Of a DNA stretch of 64,000 bases, positions 12,415 to 25,525 are shown one piece after another. Origin of the DNA: Schizochytrium sp. TIO01. Lineage: Eukaryota > Protista > Bigyra: Labyrinthulomycetes. The position numbers and the translations under genes are program-made. The stretch covers positions 1,402,436 through 1,466,435 of the forward strand of contig SMSO01000031.1 of NCBI GenBank assembly GCA_004764695.1, written 5' to 3'. Numbering within the stretch: the stretch's first letter is position 1; the number at the start of each line of letters is the position of its first letter. The notes under the pieces are model-generated. The model saw only the letters and a program-made list of their open reading frames with translations. It was not told the DNA's origin and did not search any database.

Positions 12415-13546
12415 AATCTCTATGAAACTACAAAATTCATCACGGAGTCATGTTCGGAAGATCCTTGAAAGCCCTAGATCTCATCGCTCAGCATAAAGAG
12501 AAAGAAAACAAAGAGTTGGAATTATGAAGGTATGCATACTCGGAACGCTGTTTCTCCAGGCTGAGAATGCGCAAATTATATTACAAAACAATGTAACACC
12601 CAGCTCCAGCAGGGGCGCCTGTGGAGGGTGAAAGTTTTCCCTAGTTTCTGCTGAATAAAATCTTTCCTTTGCGATATTTGTCCCGCCCACCTGCTCTTCT
12701 TACTTTTTCCACGCATTGCTCACAGTCTGTTCTTTCAGCTCTGTAGATTGATTCTGTCGTGTAGTAGTCTAGAAGTAGTAGTAGTATTATTTTTATTTTT
12801 ATTTTTATTACAAACAAAAAAAGAAGCGATATTTTTAGTTAATAAGAATAATAATTATTATTATTATTATAAATGTACCTTTAAAGAATTTAGATTTAGT
12901 GTCTTTTCCCTGAAGTAATAATGATTTTTTTTTACTAGTTTTTTTTTTTTTTTTAACTAGAACTTTTACACTTAAATTAGTTTTTTAAACAAATATTGTC
13001 GTATTGCTGAGTGCTTTTGTTTGTTTTATTTTTCAGGTAGAGATTATCGCTATTCATGGTTTTTTATAGATTGTAGGTTTCATTCCTGCTGCTGCGCTGC
13101 TGCTGCTGCTGCTGGGTTATTATTGTTCTAGTAAATACCTATCTCTCATCGTTACCAGTTAGTACCTATCACACATGATTAGCTTTGTTCCAAGAGGGCG
13201 CTGAGAGCGGCTTCACCATTCAAGTTGAAGGCTCGCAGAATTACAGTGCCTAGCTGGATGACTCAGCCTTTGAATGAGTTGGACGAACATCAGTCCATTC
13301 TAATCGTGGTAGTTCTGTTTTAGCAAAAGATGTTGTGCTACCCAAACCAGGCAGAGCAAGATCAGCAAGGATAATAGACAAGATTACCTATGACTTGGAT
13401 AAGAACAGATGAACACGATACAATTTTTGTAGAAACAGTCAGAAAGAGTTGGACGTAAATGTCAAGGTCGGCTAAACAAATTTGCATTTTCTTATGAATG
13501 GACGCGTCAAGTTGGAATCCCTTTTTCCAGCCACGACACAATGCAT

Positions 13547-16500
13547 TTAGCGTTTGGGGTTGTCGAGGATTGACTTTTGCCCTCGCTCAATGGCCCCTGC
13601 AATTGATAAAGTAGCTCTCAATTGCCCAAAATCCACTGGGATATCAGCAATTTCGTGCACGCGCTGCCGCATATCAAGGGTTAGTCTTGTGGGATCTTGC
13701 TCTGCGACATTGCGTCTCAATTTTCGTCTATACTGTCGTGGAGACTGGCCCCGGGAAAACGCACCTCCGCTTGACGCTGCAGATGGTGCACGAGGCATAA
13801 ATGATGTTTTCTTCCACGAGTTTGGCCCTGAGGAACGCTGCTCGTAACTCGCTAAACCCTGGCTAAACTTGCCGAATCCACCGTCATAGGTCGACCGTTG
13901 TTCCCTTGCTTCATCAGGTGGCTCTTCGCGTCCTGCTCCGGAGTTAAAGGATACTATAGAGTTTTTTTGTTGTAAACCCGTAGACGACGTCGAAGCAAGA
14001 GACGCTTTTCGCACTCTCTCGCTTGTTTGAGCTGCCAAAGGGGCAGCTTCTGCATTCTCATCAAGATATTTTTCACCTCCTAAAGGTTTCGCAGGTTTGT
14101 GTGTACGCAAGTGATTAATCATTGCAAGGCGACGGTAATATAAAGAAATTGAGCGTGGTGGCCGTAAACCGCCTACGGTTTCCGTCTCGTAACCTATTCG
14201 ATGTTCAAGGCCCTTTGTATCTACTACAACCCAAACCCGTTCTATACGCTTACATCGAATGAAAAGTACTTTATACGGGTTTATTTGACTTTGGTCTTCG
14301 TCACAGTAAATCCGGCCGATTCTTTCTGTAAAGTCCTCTTCCCGAATCCACGTGCCTGTCTCGTTACACTTCAGAAAATCAGCCATTGGGATTGCCTTTT
14401 CAGTCATACCTTCTGTTGAAAGACCATCCCATCCCTTGATTTCATTTGTGATTTCATCATGGCGGATAATCGTAATGAGCCCTTGGACTACCTTTGGATG
14501 AATCTGAGAGAATCGACCGCTTTCGTCTGTGAAGTTTCGACACACCTCTACAGATTTGATCATGTCCACGTCCAGCTTCACCCACACCTCGCCTGGTCCA
14601 GGAACCATTCGAAAAGTTGACTTCTCCTGTAGACTAGCCACCGCATTGAATTTGTGTTGTTTGACCATCGGTACGAGCCACGGCCGATTGGTCAAGGAGT
14701 CGCTGACTTGGAGCATGTTTCCAGAACGTTTAGCTCGCAACTCATTTTCCTCCTGTGAATAACTAATGTCCATAGACCAAGGGTCGAGTTGGCCAAATTG
14801 CCCAATGATTTGACCAGTCAGCGTCCACATCTTTACATAGCCTTCCGCGCATCCAGTAAGTACAAAGCCCTCTGCGAGCCTCGATCCCCACGAAGTCAAG
14901 CGTGCGAATACCCTGCTGATGAGCTTGCCAGAGAGAGCACGGTAGGAAAACGTCCACATCATCATCACTTGTACCTGGGCTCATCACTTCCCACACATGT
15001 ACACGGCCATTTTCGTCTCCTGCTATGAGCAAGTCGTTCGAAGCATCCTTGCATAATGAAACAACAGGTGCTATATCTGTCAAAGATGCCTTTGATCGAT
15101 CCATGCGCAAGTGGGCAAATAAATCAAGCTCACTTAATTTGCTGGTTGCTACATTCAGAACAAGCATGCCACCATTGCCTTCTGCAGCTATAAGTAGCTG
15201 TCGCCGCTCCAAGTACTCCATCGCCTCAATGCTCACTGCTCCAGGTTCTCGAAAATGACGTGTTATTCTTCCAGAGCTCAAACACCAAAAAATGATTTGG
15301 CCATCGTGGCTACCTGTAGCGACTGTGTCAGGTGGAAGGAAAACGACCGTGGTAATGTCATCCTGGTGGCCTTTCTCTAATTGGTCGTCTTCATCGGGCA
15401 TACGAATGCAGTACCCTTGCTCATTACCGTCATTCGCACCTGCACCGTCCATCCACACATAAATGCGTCGATCCCACCCGACGCTAACAATGTACTTATT
15501 TCGAATAGTTGGGTGCCCAGGAATACGTGGCAAAACATTCACTACGTACACAATGCGTGTGACTTCAGCATGTGTTGCTGCGACTTTTCGATTATTTGAA
15601 CGTTGTTCCTCGTCCTCTGTAGTTGCTGCTGCCTGTCAAGGATACAGAGGGCATGGGATTTTCCGTACCCACGTTGCTACCTGTTGCTGTGCCATTTCCA
15701 GTACCCGAACCCGCGTGCCCACTACGTCCACCCACATGGTGGTGTTGATGAGCATGGCTGCTGGTACCATGATGCTGAGAGATTAGGACCTCTTGATCGA
15801 AGCCATCAACTTCCCCTTCTGAACCTTCAGGGACTTTGAGTAGCGTTTTAAGAAGGCATCCATTACTAAAATTCCAAATTTTCAAGTTTTTGCCATCATG
15901 CGAACCTGTGATAACACGACGTCCGCCATCGTCAAAACACAAGGCCGTCACTCCATCATTTCCAGTATCCATTGCAAAGGGGCTTGCGTCATCGCCTTCT
16001 TGAAGAGAAAGTGAAATTTCCTTCGCGGCCTCTAGGGCATCCACAGGTGCTTGGTTTCCTTGTTCATCAGTATTCACGTTTAGCCCTGCTGCTGCTGCAG
16101 TGAGAGTGGAATTTTCTGCTGCAGCAGCAGCAAATCTTGATGAATCCTGATCAATTGTATCCACAGCTTTCTTTGTGCGAAGTTGAAAACGCGAGATTGC
16201 CTCGCCCGACTCAAGATTCCAGATCCGTAGATTACTTTGCTCGTCAACGCTAACTACCTGGTGAAAGTTGGAGTTGTAAAGAGCCGAGATCACAGGCCGA
16301 TTGTGAGATCTCAACGAGGTTTCTGTTGGGGGTCTTATGGGGAAGATTTTCAATTTATTTGACGCAGCCACAAGGGACTTATGTTTACGCATATATGTGA
16401 GGCAGGTGACTTGGGGCTGGTTTACTCCTTCACCTCTACTTCCTCCTCCCCCTCCTCCTCCTCCACTTTGTGCGTTGGCAAATGCTATTGTTTGGATGCA

Positions 16501-17880
16501 CTTGTGATTTCGAATGTCCCAGATTTTAATAGTGTTGTCAGCACTCAAAGAGATTAACTGATTGTTGTCTTCATTGACATCGACCTTAATCACGCTAGAG
16601 GTGTGGCCGTAAAGGGAGGCTACACTCCGTCGCGAGTAGGGGCTCCAGAGCACAATCTGACGCTCCAGTCCACTCGATGCAATCACCTTCGAGCCTGCAC
16701 ACCAAGTAAAAGAGTAAACTGCTTTTTTGTGCTGGGTAAAACTTCGCTTTAATCTTGCACGTTCAAGATCAAACACATTTAAGGTAGAATCAAGTGAAGC
16801 CGTCACTAAAGAGGACAACCCATGGATGTACTGTACCTGGGTAACGTGGTCTGTATGTCTGCGGAAGACTATACGAGAAGATGAAGAGAGTGCCTGTGAG
16901 GTGTTGTTGGCCCGCTCCCTATTTCCAGTGCCTAAGACTGAAGACTTGAAGTGCGAGGAGGCGAGATCGTCTGATTCGTCTATGTCTTCGCCGGATACTG
17001 TAACACGCTCTTCTGCATCTTCAGTCCCAGTTTGTGCATTCAGTTCGTCGAGGTTGTTTGATTTGACATGACCATCATTGTCAAAGTTCCAATGCCGTTC
17101 CTGCAAGGGGTAGACATAAACCGCGCCACCATCATCACCAATTTGAAGAAGTTCTTGGTGTCCGGCAGTATCATGAAAGTATCCTAGACATAAGGGTGCT
17201 GCATGCCGGAAACGCTCCATCGGAATACGCGCCACGAGTTTGCGATTCTCAGTTTGTAGGTCGTAAAAGCTGACACCGGTGTCAATGCTGCTTACCGCGA
17301 GTTTGTTGCTACAAGACATATAACTCATATCAGTGATCCAATTTCTTTCATAATTGAGGGTTCCGCGCACGGACATTGCCGCGTTAGGTTGAAGCTGACC
17401 TGTATGGAATCCACTTTGATGTACTAGAGTCGTTGGGTGCCAAAAGCGCACCATTCCGTCTTGGCTAGCACTAAGGAGCTGATTTGTTTTGTCGATATAA
17501 ATAAGGCTCGAGAGCTGATCTTTGTGAAATTTTTTGATACCGTTGTTGATTTCAAAGATGTCATAGGACGCAGGGAAAAACTGTGCGGTTGGGTCATCCT
17601 CTTGCTTTCCATCTCCGTCTCCATCATCAGCAATATCCTGGTTTTCTAAAAACATGTAATTAAGAAATTCATCCCAGTCAACACTACCGTCAGAGTTTGC
17701 ATCAATCTTCATGAAAAGATGAGTGAGTTGCAACTCCGTAAGGTTATCCCCCAGAATTTCTCCAAAAGCCTCCACGAAGGCATCCTGATCGAGCTCACCA
17801 TCTTTACCAAAGAGGTCCTTGAGTTTGCGGAGGCTGTCTAAATCAATTTCAGATCTACTAAAGTGAACGGACTTCTTCAT
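13547..17880 (-). CDS. EF-hand + WD40-repeat protein (WDR49/CFAP337/WDR64-like), split over three reading frames
   Basis: LFMKIDANSDGSVDWDEFLNYM EF-hand then many WD repeats (LYGHTSSV..LISLSADNTIKIWDIRNHKCIQT); continues in ORFs 14763..15551 and 13547..14968 (GHQDDITTV, VLTGCAEGYVKMWTLTGQIIGQFGQ). Two +1 frame breaks, at ~15630 (possible 40-nt intron 15633-15672) and ~14887. First ATG 17880; the track opens at GTG 17961. Confidence 0.8.
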
Positions 17881-19075
17881 GGCCCCTCCCAAGGCAAGGG
17901 AAGTGGGCTGTGCCTGATGGTAGGGATTTGCACAAACGTGGTGGCCAGGGTTTCCATTCACTTTGTTTCTCTAGAGATTATGATTGCTTTGCTGGGATGT
18001 CAACAAGGTACTCTGGATGCGATTTAGTCAAAATAAGTAGAGCTAGCCTTGTGGCCTCAAGACCCAATGAAGTCTCAATGCAGCCTTTGGCGGCTTTCCC
18101 TACCTCGCGCGCGCGTGTTCAATCGATCGGTCAATCAAGCAAGCAATCGATCAACTCGCTGCTAGAAAGTATAAACCCTAGCAAGAATGGCTAATCGTAC
18201 TCATAGCTAAAATATAGACTTGAGAATTATGGGAAATTAGTTTGAGCAGTCCTCTTACTTTCCAGCAAACAGAATAGAATTGATAAAGCAATCAATCCTT
18301 CGCTCGTATGTCGTCCTTTCTATATATTTGAGAATTGAAAATACTTTTTCGTTCGAACAACTTAATTGCCACACTTCTGCATCACCATATTTGAGCTTCT
18401 GTTAAGCTGCGAAGACCCATAATGCCCACGAAAATACTCCCATAGCAGATCCATAGTTGCAAGCAAACCAATCTCTCAACGGCTCCTTTCTTAGTTAGGG
18501 AAGCCTCTACCTACCTGCCTACCTTGTAGTTAGCCTACTTGTAGTCAGTAGCTGTAGCAGTAAAAGCCCCATTCATAAGCGCAAACTCCTCTTTGTAATG
18601 GCCATAAGAGCTACCCTCCTTTTGAATTAGATTAATCAAAATTACGACCTCCCTCTTCGCCTTCGACGCCTTCGACGCCTTCGAGCAGAACAAGAACTCC
18701 ACAGCTTCAAACAAATCTCCGCATCTACAACAACCAATACAAAGAATACATACTTCTGTTCTAACTAATACTAGGTAATGCCCGCAATGGAATGAATTGC
18801 GCGTCGCACACCGTGTCCCCGCGTATATATAGAACTCTTGGAACACACCGCGGCGAGGGATCTCCCTCTGCTGCTCGTGGCCGTCGCTTTTTCGCCATCC
18901 CTGAATAAGCAGCGAAGAGAAGAGGAAGAGAGCAAAGCGAAGAAGCTTGCCTGCAGATTGACAAGGGAAGGGACTCCGGCTGTCTCAGGCCTCACTGCGC
19001 TAGCTGTGCCTACCTGAGCTACTCCGTTGCGTTTGTTTTTGGTCTATTGCCTTGCTAGGCTCCTCATTGTCCACC

Positions 19076-19657
19076 ATGTTCTCCACATCTCTTCGTATGG
19101 CGGCTCGCTCGTCAGTCCCCGTGGCCTCCCGTGGCTTCGCTTCGTCAACTGAGGCCAGCGCCAAGGCGGCGAAGCTCGCTCTTCGTGCCAAGGGTGCCGA
19201 CCCCCGCGCTTACTTGGACTCCAAGGCCGCTAAGAACGCGAGGACACGTAAGTGGCGCATCGTGGAGGGTGATATGGTCGTGGTGCGCAATGGCGTCAAC
19301 GCAGGCAAGAGCGGACGCGTGACTTCGCTTCTCAAGGCCCAAGATGCTGTGGTCGTGGAGAACGTGAACGTGCGCAAGGTGGAGAGCTTTGACGAGGTGA
19401 CTCTGCAGACCTCTGAGAAGTTTGAGCCCGCACCCATCGCGTACAGTAACGTGAACCACATTGACCCCAAGGACGGCAGGGCCTGCAGAGTGAGACTTCA
19501 GTACCTTGCAGACGGAACCAAGGTCAGGGTTTCTGCAAGGTCTGGAGAGATCATCCCGTATCCACCCAGGGAGGCACCGGACACGCGCGAGTTTGAGGGA
19601 GACACACCCGCAGATCTCGCCGTCAAGCGTACCTACTTTGAGAACGCAGCCAACTAA
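19076..19657 (+). CDS. MRPL24: Mitochondrial ribosomal protein uL24m
   Basis: KOW motif WRIVEGDMVVVRNGVNAGKSGRV, VVVENVNVRK, PAPIAYSNVNHIDPKDGRACRV...DGTKVRVSARSGEII; Arg/Ser/Ala-rich presequence MFSTSLRMAARS...RGFAS; ccaccATG context. Confidence 0.93.
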   Translation: MFSTSLRMAARSSVPVASRGFASSTEASAKAAKLALRAKGADPRAYLDSKAAKNARTRKWRIVEGDMVVVRNGVNAGKSGRVTSLLKAQDAVVVENVNVRKVESFDEVTLQTSEKFEPAPIAYSNVNHIDPKDGRACRVRLQYLADGTKVRVSARSGEIIPYPPREAPDTREFEGDTPADLAVKRTYFENAAN

Positions 19658-20570
19658 GGAACTGATTGATCTAAGGAGGAGCACGACAATCATGAAAGAC
19701 AGCAGTACCACCAAGCTTTACTGAAATGCCATGGTGTAATGCGAGATTCTAGGGGTTTTCAAAGGTCTATGAAGATACTCGATTTTTTTCAAGAAATTAT
19801 TTCGGAGACTTCTGAGAAGGATCTGGTAAAGACCCGTAGAGTCATTTCATCATGTTATGTACGTGCACACATTCAGTTACTGAGTTACTGAGGAAGCCGC
19901 GATATAGATGCTTCTTGAGGACAGAGTGACTGGGCTTTCGAAGGAAGATAACGAATGAGGGCCTTGGGCTTGCAAATTTTCTTTTGCAGATTATTTCTCG
20001 CTACTCTTGCAAAATTTATTTTTCGAGAGTTTTGCGATTCTTGCTCTTCAGATTGGAGCAAAGTTTGCTTGGCAGCAACAATCAAACGACGAATAGGCGC
20101 AGAATGCCTAGAATGCAGAACGTGGGTGGCCAGCCACCACCACGAGATAGACTGACTAGCTTCTGATGGTGGAGGGAAACGCACGTCCCGCTCCGTTATG
20201 CGTTGGACTGTGGAGGTAATTGTAGACGCATGTAGCACGAGCAGATCCTTCTTCTGAAATTGAGAGCTCCTGGTGTGCCACGCTTCAGGAGCATACACAA
20301 AGAAAACACTACTAAAACCATCATAACCAGTAAAAAATACACACAACATGATTTCGTTTTTTGAACTTGTTCTTTCGAGGTGAGATGTACAAAAATTAAT
20401 GTGTCATACTTTGGTTGTGTTAATAATTTTTTTTAACTTAAAGAAAAGAGGACAGTGTCTTAGTTTTGATTTGTTTTGGCAGAAGTTCTGAGATCTTCCT
20501 GCACAGAAAAACAGAATGAAAACGGAAAGTTATCTTTTCTTTCCTTGTCTTTATCTAAAATAAAATTCTC

Positions 20571-23500
20571 TCAATGGCACTCGCCCTCTTCATCCTCAAG
20601 GTCTCGTTCATCTGCTTCCTCAGTTCCACCATAGATTACCGGTGTTACTGCAGACTGATGTTGTCTATCCTGCGTATCATCATGGGCCTCCTGATGAGAC
20701 ATGAACATTGGCGTATGGAGGCTGCGGGATGTTGGTCGCTGAAAACTCAGTTGTCGTTGAATACTGAATGATGCTTGCTTCATAATGGAAGAGGATTTAC
20801 TGGCATTCTTAGCAGACCCCCCCGAGCCTCCATTTGTTCGATCATCTGACCCGCCAAGGCTAGCATCACCCTGAGCATGAAGAAGCAATGGGTTTGAAGA
20901 TTGCAAGAGCGTTGTCGCGGCCCCTGGCAAAAGAACAAGCAAAGTATTTTCTGCATAAACCTGTTGAGAATCGGGAAGCTCAAAAATTGTAATGCTTGAA
21001 ATTGGCTCTGCCAAAAGACGGTCACCTGTCGCCAATAACGCACCTCGCAGAATTACTGCGATACCACTTTCACCAGGCAAAGGATCATATCGTAAATTTG
21101 CAGGCGGATAAATGATTTGCAGTTTCCCCAAAACCCACGTACGGAGACTTTCAGGTGCAGAACGAAGAATTGGAAAGAAGGACTCCAAAGCTACCAAGCC
21201 CGCATGCCGCGCTAAATTCCTGCGCAAACGGCAATCAGGGCCATTCTGTTCAAAATATTTCAATAGCCATGATCGTTTAATCTCAAAGGCTTCTACCATA
21301 GACTGACAACGCACTTCCGTCACGCCAGACGATTCTCCTAGAATTTCAAGCTCACCCACTGTATCACCACGACCAAAAATGTATTCTACAACATCGCGTT
21401 CATTCTCGCAGGGTTGGCATTCCCCCGTAGAGCACCCGAACCGTAATGTATTCAATTCAACATGACCCATCTCAATTGGACCACCCATAACTGCGAGCGC
21501 CTCCTTGCTTGATGCAGCGTTGTGATCCCCGCAAGTATTGTCATCTTGAACAAGACGGTGACCAATGCAAGACCTTCTCTTCTTTGATTTACTTGACGAA
21601 TTCGCACTACGTGGGGAAGCAAGCCTTTCCATTACAAGGGTCTTAAAATCAGCTGGAGTGCAAGTGTCGTCATCACTGGAAAAATTCGCCTCTGCGAGCC
21701 TCTTTATCTGCAAAGCCGATGTCTCAACTGCGCTTCCTCGGCGTGCTCGAGGACCCCTGGGTCCGGTCACAAAGCTATTGCTACGATCCACTAGATGGCG
21801 CGTTGACGCGCGACGCTCCAGACCTTGCAATTCGTCAACCTGCTCACGTTTTAATGTGAAGGAAACCTGGCCGCGAATGATGAGGTAGAGGTTGCCAGGT
21901 CGATCGGTACCACGCTGAAAAATAGCCTCGCCTGAAGCAAAACGTCGCAACAACGCGTTTTGTTTAACCAGTTTCACATCCTTTGGATCCATTGAATAAA
22001 AGAACGGAAGGGAATGTAAGAGCTCGTCTGCTGAACGGACCTTGACAAAGCCCAAAGCTCGTTTAACATGAAGAATTCGCTTTTTGAACTCTGCATCAAT
22101 AAGCTCAAAATCCCGTTCGTCCATTTCTGCCAAATGAAGCATCTCACTTGCCTGCTCATGTGCGTGGCGTAACGTACGACTAATGGCCATACCAGTTTTT
22201 ACTGAAGCAGCAACATCATCGTACGCAGTCTGAATATGTGTCAACGTTGCTTGAGCCTTGTCACGCATGGCTAGCGATTCTGCAGCAATGATTGATTCGA
22301 CACCAAAATTCTTTGCAAAGCTCTCTATATGTTCATCTGCAAATTCATGAGCTTTGATAAAAGAATAAGCAATATCGTATGCACGAGCAGCTCGTTGCTT
22401 GGTTGTGTACATGTGTTGGAAACATTTCTTCTCGCTCAACTCGCATTCGCGAGCCAAAAAGCCATCCCATTCATTGAGACGCTGATTAGCATTATCTTGA
22501 GCATGCGACGCTGCTTCGTTCAGGGTTTGCAAGGTTGGCCAGGATCCACACATTCCTTCCTCAAACTGAGCACGATAGTCAGCCTTGACGAATGACAAGT
22601 ATCGAAAACGAATCTCTTCCATGACCTCATCAGGTCTTGACTTTTTTGCGAATAGACCCTCAGAGACAAAACTTTGGCCATTTGAAGAGGGGTTTAACGG
22701 ACTGACAACCCCGTGCTTTGCTTCTTGTTTCTCGAGCAGTACAGGCATAAAATTCCACACAACATTCCAGTCTGCCCCCGTCAAATCAGGGTCCGCACGT
22801 GCGTTTGTAATAGAATCGTTAATAGTCTGTGTAAGAGTCTCAAGCGATGCATCGAGATTACGTTTTGCTGTGTGACTACGTCTTGTAATACCTAGTCGGT
22901 TTACTAACAATTGCGTTGAGGTACCATTGATAAGGATGGTCAGAATGACGATACCTGACATATAAAACATGATCAAATCCTTAATATCAGCAGGCATACA
23001 GACTTCATGTTCCTCAGAACCTTCCACACAAGTTGTGGTCTCGGAAACCTCAATTGCAGCAACAAGGCCAACGGCGCCACGCAAACCAGACCAGGAAACG
23101 AGAGCACCTCGTCGCCAATCAAAACCATATCCCCATTTGAGCAATGGGTAATAAAAGAAGCCAACCATAATCATGCGAATCACATTCAACGCAACGTAAA
23201 GAAAGAATAACCACAACACATGTATGTAATCAAAGTGGTTACTTGAAATAATGGCATCAGCACACACAATGCCACTAAAAACAAATACTAGAGTGTTCGC
23301 AATGTACTCAAGCATATGCCATACCTCTTTCATGGCATGTTGGACCTCCCCACTCAGATGAGAGCTTGCTTGGGATGCAAACGTGAGACCAAAAGCTACC
23401 ACTGCTAAGACCCCTGAAGCCTCCACTGCGTCTCCAATCAGAAATACGCCCCAGGCAACCACAATTGTTACTGTAATCTCTAGCACAGGATCATTCCAGA

Positions 23501-24200
23501 TATGGCTCATAGATGCAACACAGATCAAACCACCTACAACACCAATTAGGACTCCAATAACAGACATAAAGAGAATCTCCGAAACCATTTCTCCAAATGT
23601 TGGGTCCTTTTCTCCAGTCACTTGAGCAAGAAATAAGAGGAAAAGAGCAAATGCAATTCCATCATTAAGCAAGCTTTCGCCTTCGATAAGTACACTGAGT
23701 GTCTTTGGCGCACCAAGCTCTTGCAAAAGCGCAACAACAGCAACAGGATCTGTTGCTGCAAACATTGAACCAAACAGCATACCACTGGTGAATGTAAAGC
23801 TGTCCGGGAAAAGGTACACAGGAATAGGGGCTGTGAGCAAAGCCGAGACTAAGACTCCAGGTCCTGCAAGAAGGATGGCTTGAGCAGCAAGCCGACGAAA
23901 GACATGAAAGTCAATTGAAGATGCACTTGCGAACAAAAGTGGGGGCAGAAACATAACCAAAAGTGATCGAGACTCCATACCTTTCCACACCCCTATAGAT
24001 TCCGACAAAAAGCCCAAGTTGACACGATTATCTAGGATACCTAGGCAAAACCCAACAATAAGCAACAACACTGCATAAGGAGCCTTGAAGCCGAATTTCC
24101 GCTGTAAAACTTTAATACTGACACCAACGACAAGAGTGAGAACGAAGAAAATCATGCCAAAATCATTCTTTTTCTCCACTTCATTGCTTTCTTCACCCAT
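20571..24200 (-). CDS. SOS1: SOS1/SLC9C-type Na+/H+ antiporter (CPA1) with C-terminal cyclic-nucleotide-binding-like domain
   Basis: FLPPLLF, ATDPVAVVALLQELGA, IEGESLLNDG, ASGVLAVV, WSGLRGAVGL, TILINGTSTQ; long cytosolic tail with SLPFF...FASGEAIFQRG..LYLIIRGQV...GDTVGELEIL. Confidence 0.9.
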   Translation of the reverse strand: MGEESNEVEKKNDFGMIFFVLTLVVGVSIKVLQRKFGFKAPYAVLLLIVGFCLGILDNRVNLGFLSESIGVWKGMESRSLLVMFLPPLLFASASSIDFHVFRRLAAQAILLAGPGVLVSALLTAPIPVYLFPDSFTFTSGMLFGSMFAATDPVAVVALLQELGAPKTLSVLIEGESLLNDGIAFALFLLFLAQVTGEKDPTFGEMVSEILFMSVIGVLIGVVGGLICVASMSHIWNDPVLEITVTIVVAWGVFLIGDAVEASGVLAVVAFGLTFASQASSHLSGEVQHAMKEVWHMLEYIANTLVFVFSGIVCADAIISSNHFDYIHVLWLFFLYVALNVIRMIMVGFFYYPLLKWGYGFDWRRGALVSWSGLRGAVGLVAAIEVSETTTCVEGSEEHEVCMPADIKDLIMFYMSGIVILTILINGTSTQLLVNRLGITRRSHTAKRNLDASLETLTQTINDSITNARADPDLTGADWNVVWNFMPVLLEKQEAKHGVVSPLNPSSNGQSFVSEGLFAKKSRPDEVMEEIRFRYLSFVKADYRAQFEEGMCGSWPTLQTLNEAASHAQDNANQRLNEWDGFLARECELSEKKCFQHMYTTKQRAARAYDIAYSFIKAHEFADEHIESFAKNFGVESIIAAESLAMRDKAQATLTHIQTAYDDVAASVKTGMAISRTLRHAHEQASEMLHLAEMDERDFELIDAEFKKRILHVKRALGFVKVRSADELLHSLPFFYSMDPKDVKLVKQNALLRRFASGEAIFQRGTDRPGNLYLIIRGQVSFTLKREQVDELQGLERRASTRHLVDRSNSFVTGPRGPRARRGSAVETSALQIKRLAEANFSSDDDTCTPADFKTLVMERLASPRSANSSSKSKKRRSCIGHRLVQDDNTCGDHNAASSKEALAVMGGPIEMGHVELNTLRFGCSTGECQPCENERDVVEYIFGRGDTVGELEILGESSGVTEVRCQSMVEAFEIKRSWLLKYFEQNGPDCRLRRNLARHAGLVALESFFPILRSAPESLRTWVLGKLQIIYPPANLRYDPLPGESGIAVILRGALLATGDRLLAEPISSITIFELPDSQQVYAENTLLVLLPGAATTLLQSSNPLLLHAQGDASLGGSDDRTNGGSGGSAKNASKSSSIMKQASFSIQRQLSFQRPTSRSLHTPMFMSHQEAHDDTQDRQHQSAVTPVIYGGTEEADERDLEDEEGECH

Positions 24201-25525
24201 CTTAAGCCTCTGTGCCCTTTCTGGATGGTCGTCGGTAATTGCTCGGTAGACGCTAATTTCAGTATCTGTACTTGTGCCTAAGATTCAGTGCGCAGGCAAA
24301 TACTTTCTGCAGCGTAGGTGTTCAGTTATCGCAAAACCACTAGTGTTTGATTGCTAGCGTGCCTTGGCTTCGATGCTTAAACTTCGGAGAGAAATAGAGC
24401 ACGCCCTGCTTGCAGAAACCACCCACGGCACAATGCTGATTTAAGTTCTGCGGAATCATTTATTCAGGGACACCACCCTGCACACCTTTACCTGTCTCTC
24501 ACACACAAAAGAGAAACTATTTAAAATCGAGTTGATTTTTAGTTAAAATTAAAAAAAGAGGAAGACATAAAGACATCGGTGCCATGCTGTTAGAATAACC
24601 CACCCTCTCTAGCTCGCTCAATAGAGCCAAAACACAGTATCCTTGCATCCAATGAATAAAACAACCCATGCTAGGTTCGTACCTTCTTCGACAAAAAGTT
24701 ACTGCGCTCTCGTCTCACCGGATATGCTCATAAATTTGCCCATATGTGCCATCAAGAGTACACTAGATGGTACCCCTGAAGGATCCGCTATGACTGTATC
24801 AAAAGCAATAAAAACGATATACATCTATGCCTACCAGGTCCCGAACCGTCCCTTCTCCCCTCTCTGAAGGAAGTGTGTGTTAAATCTAAACGGATATATA
24901 ATCTCGAAATCGTAGTGTTTATCCCCTATAAATGGCATATTATAGTCTGCGAAACTCCAACAGAGTTAGTAGAAAGCCTATGCAATCCCCTATATAGTCC
25001 TGTTCATAGAGTTCGCTTGCGCATCATATTATAGATAGAATATTTTTTCAAAAGATGAAGTTATATATGTCGCTTTGGAAGGACGATCAAATTAGCATAA
25101 TAATACTCAAGATGTTATGGTGATTCTGATTAACGAGCAGAGAGTACAGATAGCACATATTAACTTCAGAGCCAAATTTTTATTCCCAAATGATTTTCAG
25201 GACGGAAAACCACATCCTATAAATCAGATGCGATTAAAAGTTTGGAAATATTTTGTGCGAATTGTTGTAAACTGGGTCCTCAACTTATTTGCCAAATGCA
25301 AGTTTTGTAAAATCTCTAGGTTAAATGCTAAGTGCCTAATCGTAGGTAGGTACTTACCAAGTACTGTAGTGTAGTATATTGGCAATATGCAGTCGAAAGC
25401 CCATCACACTCCGTGCTTTATGAACACAGGCAAACTCAGATTGTCTCGCACCTCGTCACCTACCAGGGTCAAAACGTTCTGAGAACAACGGGACCACTGA
25501 CGTTGCGAAGGTGCTTGTGGAGATC

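Noticed and set aside
24600-25400. Short ORFs between SOS1 and the glyoxalase gene
   Set aside because: No recognisable motifs; treated as divergent promoter region.
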